64,000 nucleotides of DNA from contig CM059432.1 in the NCBI GenBank assembly GCA_030390025.1, positions 92,196,001 to 92,260,000 of the forward strand. Reading direction: 5' to 3'. Below are positions 13,073 to 24,194 of this stretch, one piece after another; within the stretch, counting starts at the first letter, position 1, and each line of letters opens with the position of its first letter. Origin of the DNA: Squalus acanthias (Eukaryota). Both the position numbers and the translations under genes were made by a program. A model generated the notes under the pieces. That model saw only the letters and a list, made by a program, of their open reading frames with translations, was not told the origin of the DNA and ran no database searches.

Positions 13073-14211
13073 CTGATATCTCCTCTTTGGCTCAGTGTCA
13101 TTTTTCTACCTTCTGAGATGACAGGAGGATAGGAATATAGGAAGCTAGGAACTGGAGTAGGCCATTCAGCCCCTCGAGCCTCTTCCGACATTCAATGAGA
13201 TCATGGCTGATCTATATATGATATTCTCTAGTGAACACTTTAAAGCATTTTAGGATTAATTGTTTGATTTAGATTAACATTATGCTTCATAGAATAAAGA
13301 GGAAGCTTTCACTTCATAAGACATTCAACCTGATTATGAAACTGTAGTCCAGCTGTGAACACAATAAAGATGTTGGCAAAATTTCTGAATAGTAACATCC
13401 TTTCTGGAGGATTCTCTTCCGAAGCCAAAAATCAAACATAGCAGGAATAATGAAAAAATCGGAGTCTACATGCTGAGGGCTAACTTGGACAAACGGATGT
13501 TGCATTCAAACTAATTAATGTACAATGTTTGTAGTACTAAAGCTATTTGAGGTTATTAGGATAGTTTTCACAGATTTCAGCAGATGATTAGAACTGTTCC
13601 GAATTTAGATTTAAGTGATCATAGTTGTTATCTATACAGAAGAAACCTCACCAGTACCAGCACAGTTAGGCTGGAATCCATACCAAAGATAAAAGATAAA
13701 AGAACCAAAAGGCCAGTGATCTGCTATTATATTATCAACCTTTTATTGGTAGATCTATTAGCCGATTAAATATCGCACCCGTGGATTAATTTCCAGGCAC
13801 TACATTAGCTTTGGTAGCCTTGCTGTTAAACGTCTTGTTACACACCTTGACATTTAATTACCCTTTGCTGTCTTAAACTGTGGACTATTAAATATTGAAA
13901 CTGCATTTAACCCAGGACATTTCATTGCATGACAGATGCCAGCTTCATTTAAACAAAATTGCCCTCCATTTTGGCTTGCAAGATATCTCCCAAATTATTG
14001 GAATATGTACGAAAGCTTTTATTGGTTACATGAATTGAATTTCTTCAACTTTGATGGTGGAAACAATTAAAATAAATGGTGACCATAATCTAAAAGTGTA
14101 CTGTAACTGGTATTGTATCTACACAGTGTGGGAGTTAGTTCTGCAATACTTTATTTGATGTCCTTCAAGATATTTAATTATCCAGATACAAGCTAGATAA
14201 TGAAAACACTT

Positions 14212-14943
14212 CGGCAAGAAATTGGCCTCCTTTGCGCCTCCCATTATCGCCTCCGGGGGGCGATAATGGGGCGCTAACGACTTACCGACTGGGTGTGGCA
14301 AAAGAAACGACTCCGGTGAATATAATGGGGGGGTAGCGCCAGCGGTAAAACTTACCGCCTCAATCTCCTGCACCCTGGAGATCGTGACGCCCCGGATCCT
14401 AAGTTCGCTTCCGCCCCCTGCAGCTTCGCCGGGCAGCAGCAACTGCAGCTACAGGAGGCGTTGTGACCTCGGCCGGCCGCTTGGGGAGCGGTAATTAAAG
14501 GGATTGGTGGTCAGGTAGGCCAAAAATAAAATTTCCGCCCCTTTATGCTGGTTTTTTTTATTTTTCATTGCCGCGTTTGATCAGCCCTGCACTCTCTTAG
14601 AGTGCTTGGGGCTGCTCCTCGCGGATCGTGGGTGCCGTCACCAACCCATCCCCAACCTTACCTTTAACTACTGTGAGCATTGGCCCTTCCCTTTAAGGGA
14701 GGGAAGGAGCCTGCGATTCCGGCTGCGCTGCACGGAACATTGCTCCGCGCTCTGCTGATACCGCCCCTCTCACTCCCTTTAGCACTCTAAGGGGAGTGGT
14801 AGTGCTTGATTTAGCGCTCCACTTCCCTCTTGGAGCACTACAATTGAGTTACATGGGAGCCTCTCATCATTAGCGCCTGGCGATAATTTTTCCGCTTCCA
14901 AAGTTTTAGCGCCCCAAACGGGGCTATAATGAATTTCTCCCAC
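14212..14943. mobile_element. Non-autonomous Harbinger-type element, degenerate
   Basis: Both ends align to the subterminal regions of 16710-20965 and 4090-5648, with many TTAGCGCC-type motifs. Confidence 0.7.
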
Positions 14944-15646
14944 CAAGTCCTAATATCCTATGCAGCAAAAAGTCAAAAAATACATTTGTGCACAATAATG
15001 TTAGATAGCTGTTATAGTAATGAAATAATTAATATATTTAAATAGATTAATTTATTGATTTAATCAAGAATATAACTTTTGTGGCAAAAGGATTTTTTTT
15101 CTCTCTTTTCTCTCTAACCTTGGACAGTGGTTTAAACTAGGTGCAGGAAACTACAAAATACTGTATTAAATTTATAGCTTAACTAGTTAAACTAATTAAT
15201 ATAACTATAAATAATAATTGAATAAAGACTTTAACTAATTAAATAAATAAAATAAGGCTGGTCTAGGATTTGGCAGGGTAGGTTGCGTGTCTGGACTGCA
15301 GTTTGTGAACGGAGAGACTGTCCCGAGCAAACACGTCTGCAGGAGATGTCTCCATCTCGAATCTCTCCGGCTCAGTGTCATTGAGCTGGAGACACTCCGA
15401 CACATAAGGGAGGTGGGGGGAATTTCTGGGCAGTTTTATCCAGAATACAGTCACACCCCAGAGGAAAGCACAGGTTCAGGAATGGGAGGGTGTGACTGTT
15501 AGGGAGCCGGGTAGCAGGGATTCAGGAGAGGTTAGAAGGAGGTCACGCAGACACTGGTCCTGTCCAACAGGTACGATGCACTCACTACCTGTGAGAACAA
15601 GGAGAAAGACTGCAGGGAGGACAGCCATAATGCAGACCAAGGCACC

Positions 15647-16198
15647 GTGGCTCAGAAGGCTGTCCAAGGGGGGGAAGAGCAGAATAGAAATGTGGTAGTG
15701 ATCGGGGACTCTATAATTAGGGGGATAGATATTGTCCTCTGCAGCCAAGAACGAGAATCCCAAAGGGTGTGTTGCCTACCCGATGCCAGGGTAAGGGATA
15801 TCTCATGGCGGCTGGAGAGGAACTTGGAAAGGGAGGGGGTAAATCCAGTTGTCATGGTCCATGTTGGAAAAAACGACATAGGTAGGAACAGGGAGGAGGT
15901 CCTGCTGAAAGAGTATCAGGAGTTAGGATCTAAATTAAAAAGCAGGACCTCGAGGGTAATAATCTCTGGATTATTGCCCGAGTCACATGCAAATTGGCAT
16001 AGAAGCAGACAGATCAGGAGAATTAACATGTGGCTAAAGGGCTGGTGTGGGAAAGAGGGGTTCCTTTTCATGGGATACTGGCACCAGTTCTGGGACAGGA
16101 AGGAGCTGTACCGATGGGACGGGCTCCACCTGAACCGGGATGGCACCCGTGTCCTAGCGGAAAGGGTAAATAGGGAGGTGGCAAAGACTTTAAACTAG
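15647..16198 (+). pseudogene. CR1 ORF1 SGNH/GDSL esterase-like domain
   Basis: VIGDS, HVGKND and DGLHLN motifs. The upstream Zn-finger part is disrupted. Confidence 0.85.
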
Positions 16199-17067
16199 TA
16201 AGATGGGGGGGGGGGAGAGATCTACAAGAAAAGTAACCAGCCTAATTATAAACAAAACAGGAAAAGAGAGCATAGGAAAGAATAAACTAAGGGAGGAGAT
16301 TGATGGCAAAGGAATAAATAGAGTTATAGTACAGGAGTCTAAAAAGATGGTTAAACATAAAGTGAGAGGAAATCCTATTAAAAATAAATTAAACTGTCTG
16401 TACAGCAATGCGCACAGTGTCCGTAATAAAACAGAGGAGCTGGAGGCAATCATGCATTGCGAGGAACCAGACATAGTAGGGATTACTGAGACATGGCTAC
16501 AGAAAAATCAGGACTGGGAATTAAACATTGCAAGGTATAACATATTTAGAAAAGATAGAGAGGGAAAAAGGCGATGTGGAGTAGCTGTACTTATTAGGGA
16601 TAACATAATGGCAGTAGAAAAAAGTGATGCCACTATCAGCAAGACAAAAATAGAATCCATATGGATAGAGATAAAAGATAATAAAGGATCAATCACACTA
16701 ATAGATGTACGGGGTAGAAATTAGGTCGCGCCCCATTTGGGGCGCAAATATCGTCCGGACGCAAATATTAGCGCCTGGCGCTAATTATCGGCACTGACAG
16801 GAAACTTCACTTTTACCGCCCCGGGAGGTGAGTGGAGCGCTAAAGCAGGCGCGGCACACCTGTCTTAAGGCGCAAAGGCCAAGGAGTGAGGCGCTAACTC
16901 AGCGCACGAGCGCAGCGCAGCTGCTGCCAGTTAGCGAGGGAACACAGACACACTGGCGCCGGCCACTTCTTAAAGCGGGGGGGGCCACTTGCTCCCCAGC
17001 CACACCCTGCTCATTGCAGCCTTGAATCTCAGCCTGGAGAGACCTGTAATCCATTTTGCTGCCAAGC

Positions 17068-18998
17068 ATGGAGAGGGTGAGAGAACGCGCTCATCGCTTC
17101 ACCGAGCGGGCCTTGGATGCTCTGGTTGACGCAGTGGAGCGCAGACGATGCATGCTGTTCCCGGAGAGTGGCAGGAGGCCTTTGCCACGCGAGTTCAGAA
17201 GAGTGTGGAGGGAGGTGGCTCAGAGCGTCTCCTCCAGGAGCATGGTGCCCAGGACCCATGTTCAATGCCGCAAAAAGTTCAACGACCTCACTCGGGTCGT
17301 CAGGGTGAGTGGCTTTTTCTCAATACCTCTCCATCCCTCCATCTCAACCTCACTCTATGGCCAGAGGGTCTTAAAACCCCAATGCACAACACTCATCCAA
17401 CACCTATGGCCCTTTCATCAAACACACACACACATTCTACACTTTGCATACAGTAAGGGCTATTCACCTATGGGAGGCACATCAGGCAAGACCATGGCTG
17501 TATATTGTAAGGGCTAATCACCTATGGGAGGCACATCAGGCAAGACCATGGCTGTATATTGTAAGGGCTATTCACCTATGGGAGGCACATCAGGCAAGAC
17601 CATGGCTGTATATTGTAAGGGCTATTCACCTATGGGAGGCACATCAGGCAAGACCATGGCTGTATATTTACTCAGATGCTGTCCTTTTTCTTGCAGGCTA
17701 AGCTGGCTCATAATCGGAGACAGCAGCAACGGACGGGTGGAGGGCGGCTTCAGCTGCAACCCCTCAGCGATCTGGAGGAGCGCGTCCACAGGATTGTGGC
17801 AAGCCGGGTGATCGGTCCCGTCGCCACTGGAGACGCCGACCCCGTTGTGGACAGCAATGGTAAGGTCATCACCTTTTCGTCCTCTGTCCTTCCACTTGTC
17901 CCTCACAATACCAGCCATTGACACTTTCAATCCAACTTGCTAACTCGCTGCACTTATTCCTCCCTTACTGCCACCCTGTCCTCACGCTAAAGCCACTCTT
18001 GTACCTCCCTGCTTTCAGATGGTGATTCACCAGCTGAGGAGACGGGCCCTCAAGCTGCCACTGGGAGTGATGCTGCAGCCGAGGAGGAAGAGGAAGCCGG
18101 AGCATCAGTGCCACCCTCTCCCGAGGAAGCCCATGCCCACACTGGGAACACGCCTTCCCCGGAGGGGAGCAGGGGGGAAGGGGCTGATGATGGTGAAGCT
18201 CCAGGACCCAGCGGGCTGCAGCAACGCCATGGGGGGGGTAGGGAAGAACGGGGGCCTTCTCCCCAGAGGGAGAGTATGCCAGACACTCCTACTGCAATGG
18301 ACGCAGAGGAGGAGCGGCTGATTGCAGAAATGAACAGCCAGGCGGTGGGCATGCACACTGAGCTCATGGGTGCAGTGGGAAGGGTGCCCGAATGCATTGA
18401 GTCACTGGCAAGGAGTGTGGAGCACTTCGCTGTAGCACAGGCGGATGCCACACTAACGCTTAGTGCTGCAATTCAGTCACTGGCTGCCGTGATCCCACCT
18501 CTGACTGCTCTCATACAGACTCAGATGGAGGCCACGCGAGCACAGACTGCTGCCAACCTCGATGGTTCGTGCACATGTCCCCGGGGCTGTCACCGCGCCG
18601 CAGCAGGCCAGCAATCTGTTCTCCGGCAGATTGCTCCGGATGCTGAAGTGCTGCCCCGTGGGAGTGCCAGTGTGTCGGGCGAGCAGGGAGTTGCTGTCCT
18701 CTCTCACGATGACAGCATTCCTGCTGCCAACACTGTCACTTCTCCACTGCACTTGCCACCGCCTGTAGGACAGACTGCTGCCGCCCATGCAGAGTTGGTG
18801 CAGTCTGCAGCCGGGCCCTCCAGGCCCAGAAGTGGTCAAGGCCGTCCTTCAGGGGCATCTGCAGTGTCAGGGTCTGACGAGCAGCAGCCTTCCACCAGCC
18901 TTGCTGCAGCCACTGAGGTCCCATTACGGAGGAGCAGTAGGGTTGGAAGGGGGGAAGTGCGCAAGGGAAGGAGATCACCCTCGAAGGGCAAAAAGTAG
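17068..18998 (+). CDS. Harbinger Myb/SANT-like DNA-binding protein (NAIF1/MSANTD-like); exons 17068-17304, 17697-17859, 18019-18998; 459 aa
   Basis: Trihelix motif (RFTERALDALV…WREVAQSV…QCRKKFNDL) in exon 1 and AHNRR…RTGGG in exon 2. GT-AG introns in phase 0 and phase 1 join into a 1380-nt open frame with a basic C-terminus. Confidence 0.88.
17453..17668 (+). repeat. 54-bp minisatellite, 4 copies, in intron 1 of the Myb gene
   Basis: GTAAGGGCTATTCACCTATGGGAGGCACATCAGGCAAGACCATGGCTGTATATT repeated head to tail with one substitution. Confidence 0.95.
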
Positions 18999-19292
18999 GA
19001 GGTGTGCCAAAATGCTGGTCATTTTTTTATTAAAGGCCGAGGGTCGTGGTCCAACTTTTGTTTAGTGTTTTGGACATTATCTCCAGGTTGTGAGAACCAG
19101 TTATGTTATTGACTGTTTTTTTGTGTTTATTTCTATGAGTTTGTCATGAGGAATTGACACACACAGAGTTTGTAAAATAAATAAGTTTCTGTTTTCAAAA
19201 TATACATGGCTGGTGCTTGGAATTATTGGTGCCTTGGCCGGCTTAGGGGTTGCGTGCTGGGTTGATTAGTGTTTGTAGCAATGGCAGGGGCC

Positions 19293-20452
19293 CTAGAAGC
19301 GGCTTGCTATTAGTCGTTGACGGACGGCCCTTGCAGTTTGACCATTGTGGGCCGCCCTCCCGCCTTGGTGCTGCTGATGATCATCGTCCTCGTCCTCTTC
19401 CTCCTCTTCCTCCTCCTCCTCTGGTGGTGCTACAAGGCCTGGTGGCATTGGCTGGGTCCTGAGGATTGCCATGTTGTGCAACATGCAGCACACGACTACG
19501 AAGTTCGAAACTTGCTCAGGCGAGTACTGCAGGGCTCCTCCGGAATGGTCCAGACAGCGGAACCGTTGTTTCAGCACGCCGATTGTGCGCTCAATAATGT
19601 TCCTGGTTGCTTGATGGCTTTCATTGTACCGCAGCTCAGCAGGGGTGTTTGGCGTACGGAGCGGTGTCATCAGCCAGGTGCTCAATGCGTACCCCTTGTC
19701 CCCAGAAGCCAACCAACTGGCTGATGCGGTGCCTCGAAAACTTCTGCCACAGTAGTCTGGCGCAGGATGAAAGCATCGTGGCAGCTGCCCGGATAGTGGG
19801 CATTGACAGCGAGTATCACCTGTCTGTGGTCACAGACCAACTGCACATTCAAGGAATGGAACCCCTTCCTGTTCCTGAATTCCTCTGCATTCTCTCGCGG
19901 AGCACGCAAAGCCACATGCGTGCAGTCAATGGCGCCCTGCACCATGGGGAAGCCCGCTACCCTCGCAAAGCCCAGAGCACGGTCACGCTGCTTGTCTGGG
20001 GTCATAGGGAAAGAGATGAAGTCTCGTCTCCTTCTGAAGAGGGCATTGGTGACCTGACGGATGCAGCGATGCACCGCAAACTGGGAGATATTGGCGAGGT
20101 CCCCAGCAGCAGCTTGGAATGAGCCAGTGGCGTAGAAGTTCAAAGCCACTGTGACCTTCACTGCCACCGACAGAGACGTCCTGGACCTCAGCTGAGGCTG
20201 CAGATCTGGCTGCAGCAGGTGGCAGAGCTCAGTGACCACCTCCTTGCTGAATCGCAGCCTCCGCAAACACAGCTCCTCGGACATATGGATGTAGGAGAGC
20301 TGTTCACGATATACCCTGGGAGGGTAAGCTCTCCTGTACATGCGCCTGATGGCCCTCCTCCGTCTGGCCATCATTGCCACTCTCTGTCTGTGTCTCTGTA
20401 TCCTCCGATTCAGCTGGAGCAGGACGACGCCCCCAATCATTGCAGCCCCCAT
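19293..20452 (-). CDS. HARBI1-like DDE transposase (DDE_Tnp_4 type), ~386 aa with one 1-nt frameshift at 19700-19703
   Basis: ORFs 19682..20521 and 19293..19712 join at WLL|GDKGY. Catalytic motifs are GAIDCTH, GDKGY and RNIIERTIG. NRKGFHSLNVQ, PGSCHD and VCCMLHN are also present. Confidence 0.92.
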
Positions 20453-21472
20453 ATTCTCTTTGCCAGAAAAGTAATGAGGTACAGCAACTAAAGTAGTAAC
20501 AAAGTTAGGATGAATAGGCAAAACTACCTCACAGAGCGTTGAGTCAATGTAGAAGTCTCTCTCTCTCTCTCTCCGAATCTCTCTCTCTCTCTCAGAACGA
20601 GTGGTGCATAAATGTTGACCACAGAAAAAGACAGGAAGAGGCCCCCTTTAAATAGCGCCCCCCCCAGCCCCACACCGATTGATAACGTTCCAGTCTTCCG
20701 GTCGTTGGAAGCGCCAGGCGGTAAGGCAGGGGGCGCCACTCAATTTCCGCTACGGGGCGCCCCAAGGGCGTTGCACCATGGAATGACGTCACAATCTGCG
20801 CGCGCAGGTGGTCGCAGCGGTAAGTTTTAGCGCCGCCGCACAATCTCAAGTTAAGTTCTCGAGCGGCGCAAACAGCGCTGCGCCCGGGCGTTAGCAGGCT
20901 TAACGCCCCATTAGCGCCCTCTTAAGGCGCTAACGGGAGGCGCAACCAAGTGAATTTTTACCCCGTAGTCTATAGACCACCTAATAGTGGAAGGGAGGTG
21001 GAGGAAGAAATATGCAGACAAATTAGGGAAATGAGTAAAAAACATAGAATAATAATCATGGGGGATTTCAACTACCCCGATATTAATTGGACAGAAGAGG
21101 GAGGTAAAGGGGATAAGGGAATGGAGTTCCCACAATGTGTACAGGACTCCTTTCTAACCCAACATGTAAAAAGCCCAACAAGGGAGGATTCGCTATTCGA
21201 TCTAGTAATGGGGAATGAACCAGAGCAGAAAAGAGAAGTAAAAGTAGGGGAACATCTAGGCAATAGTGACCATAATATAATACACTTTAAAATGATAATT
21301 GCGAAGGACATAAGTATGACGAAAACCAGGGTAATAGATTGGAGAAAAGCTGATTTTGAGGGGCTGAGAATAGAACTTGGGAAAATAAAATGGGCAACAA
21401 TATTGGCAAACAATGATGTAGAACAGCAATGAGAAACATTTAAAACGGTGTTTAACAGAGTGCAGGAACAAT

Positions 21473-22208
21473 GACCCTGAATTTCCGATCGGAGGCTTCC
21501 TGCGTGCGGATGCCTCCGATCGGAAAAAATCTACGCAGTTACCTGTTGGCTCCGTAGGTCCCGAGACTTGCGATCCTGGGCCTCTGCTCTCTGAAATGTG
21601 CAGAGGCCCAGGTATCCCAGGGTCGCATGTGGTTCGCAAGTGCCCCTGGGATCACGTGGGCCATGGGGAACCAATCAAAGAAGGGAATCCCCCTTCACAC
21701 TTTTGACAGGTCTCTCCGCACAGAACTGTCAAAAGTATGAATGGGGATCACATTTAAAAACACAGTTAAACATTAAATACATTTTTATAAAAACATCACG
21801 TATTTAAAATTAGTTAAAATTACAATAAATTAAATATTTTAAACAAAAATTTAATTTTTTGAAAAAATAATTCAAGTTTTTTACGGGGCTAAAAATAACT
21901 TACCTTTTTTAAAAGTATTTTTTAATTATAAACTCTTATGCTGGTAAAAGTAGGCCTTGCGTCTGCTTTTACCAGGAGTAGGATTTTTAAAGGTTTTCAG
22001 CGGGCGGAAGTTGTGCAGAAAGTGCAACTCCCTGCCCGCGGAGGCCCTTCTCCCGGGCAGACGGATGATCTGTCAAGAGGATTCTTGACAGATCGCAAGT
22101 GCCGGGTTTTAGCGCATGCGCTTCACATGCCTGAAACCGGCACTTGCGAGGCCCCTACGGGTGCGTATACACCTCGTACGCACCCGTGGGGGTCGGAAAA
22201 TCCAGCCC
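21473..22208. mobile_element. MITE (Harbinger-type ends) inserted in CR1 ORF2
   Basis: Imperfect TIRs GACCCTGAATTTCCGA / TCGGAAAATCCAGCCC, AT on both flanks, an AT-rich centre, and CR1 sequence resuming on each side. Confidence 0.85.
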
Positions 22209-24194
22209 ATCATATTCCGCTAAAAGGAAAGAACAAACTAAACACTAATGAGACTCCATGGATGAATAAATCCATAAGGGAACAATTGAGGGTAAGGAAA
22301 GAGGCATACATTAAGTATATAGACAGAAGGGGAGTGCATGACAAGGGAGAATAGGAAGAGATTAGGAGAGAAGTCAAAAAAACAATTAGAAAGGCAAAGA
22401 GGAACTATGAAATTAAATTATCAAGGAACATAAAACAAAATAGTAAAATATTTTACAGGTACATCAATAATAAAAGGAAGGTTGGGATGGGAATAGGGCC
22501 ATTAAGGGATAGACAGGATAATGCCACAGGTAATGACAGAGAGATGGCAGAAATATTAAATAATTATTTTGCTTCAGTATTTGCCAGGGAGATAGAACAG
22601 GTGGACATGACATTGGATGATGAGATTAGTAATGAGATAAGTGCATTTAAAATAAAAAGAGGGGATATATTAAATAAACTAATCAAACTCAAGGAGGATA
22701 AAACCCCTGGTCCGGATGGATTGCATCCACGCATTTTAAAAGAATCTAGGGAAGAGATAGCAGAGGCATTACTACATATATTTAATAATTTGTTAGATAA
22801 AGGTGTAGTGCCAGAGGACTGGCAGATAGCTAATGTAATACTTATATTTAAGAAGGGGGATAGAACATGTCCAGGGAATTATAGACCAGTCAGCTTAACA
22901 TCAGTGGTAGGAAAAATAATGGAATCCCTACTAAAGGAGAAAATAGAAGAACATTTAGAGACCAAAAATATAATAATGAATAGTCAGCATGGATTCCAAA
23001 AGGGAAAGTCTTGCTTGACCAACCTAATTGAATTTTTTGCAGAGGTAATAGAGAGAGTAGACAATGGTAATGTAGTAGATGTAATTTATCTAGATTTTCA
23101 AAAGACCTTCGATAAGGTACCCCATAATAGACTGATGCACAAGGTCAGAGAATGTGGAGTCAGGGGACAAGGAGCAGAATGGATAGCTGGCTGGCTTCAA
23201 GACAGAAAGCAGAGAGTAGGGGTAAAAGGTGTAGTGCCAGAAGGTGGGTAGTGGTGTTCCACAATGATCAGTGCTGGGATCACTGCTGTTCACAATTTAT
23301 ATTAACGATTTAGACTTTGGAATCAAAAACACAATTTCTAAATTTGCAAATTGGGGGGGATAGTCAATACTGGAGGAGGACTGCAACAAATTATAGGAGG
23401 ACATTAATAAACTTGCAGAATGGGCATATAATTGGCAAATGAAGTTCAACACAGATAAAAGTGAGGTATTACATTTTGGTAGGAAGAATATAAAAAGGAT
23501 ATAGAGGCACTGGAGAGGGTGCAGAGAAGATTTACAAGGATGATACCAGAACTGCAAGGGTATACATATCAGGAAAGGATGACAGGCTGGGTCTCTTTTC
23601 TCTTGCAAAAAGAAGGCTGAGGGTGACCTAATAGAGGTCTTTAAAATTATGAAAGATTTTGATAGAGTGGATACAGAGAGAATGTTTCCACTTGTGGGGA
23701 AGAGCATAACTAGAGGCCATCAACATAAGATAGTCACCAAGACATCCAACAGGGAATTCAGAAGAAACTTCTTTACCCAAAGAGTGGTGAGAATGTGGAA
23801 CTCGCTACCACAGGGAGTAGTTGAGGCGAATAGTATAGATGCATTTAAGGGGAGGCTAGACAAGCATATGAGCGAGAAGGGAATAGAGGGTTATGCTGAT
23901 AGATTTAGATGAGGAAAGACGGGAGGACGCTCGTGTGGAGCATAAACGCCAGCATGGACTGGTTGGGCTGAATGGCCCGTTTCTGTGCCATATATCCTAT
24001 GTAATCCTATGTAAATATTATTCTTGAAAACCGAGCAAAGATCTCCTGTGGTAATGCTTTGACGATATTAAATAAACATTTTAAAGCTACATTGCCACAT
24101 AGCTTGACATTTAATGAGTCATAAATTCAATAAAACTCATAAGAATATTTAATCAGGAAAAAAATGAACATCTAACATCTACAAAAACTGATTC

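Larger units (their letters stand above)
16710..20965. mobile_element. PIF/Harbinger DNA transposon with autonomous two-gene architecture, near intact (4256 bp)
   Basis: TIRs CGGGGTAGAAATT / AATTTTTACCCCG flanked by TA. Convergent Myb/SANT and DDE transposase genes. Removing the element and one TA restores the CR1 frame LIDVVYRPP. Confidence 0.95.
15080..24014 (+). mobile_element. Near full-length CR1 LINE split by a Harbinger transposon and a MITE
   Basis: ORF1 esterase 15647..16198, endonuclease 16203..16709 resuming at 20968 (VYRPP, IMGDFN, SDH), RT 22487..23251, C-terminus 23649..23912 and tail (ATCCTATGTA)x2. Several stops and frameshifts. The 5' boundary is approximate. Confidence 0.92.

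Noticed and set aside
17453..17668. Possible CRISPR array
   Set aside because: Units are contiguous with no unique spacers, there are no cas genes, and the context is a eukaryotic intron.
19293..20452. Host HARBI1 gene (and NAIF1/MSANTD for the partner)
   Set aside because: Both genes lie between TIRs inside a CR1 and related decayed copies are nearby, so they are transposon genes rather than domesticated loci.
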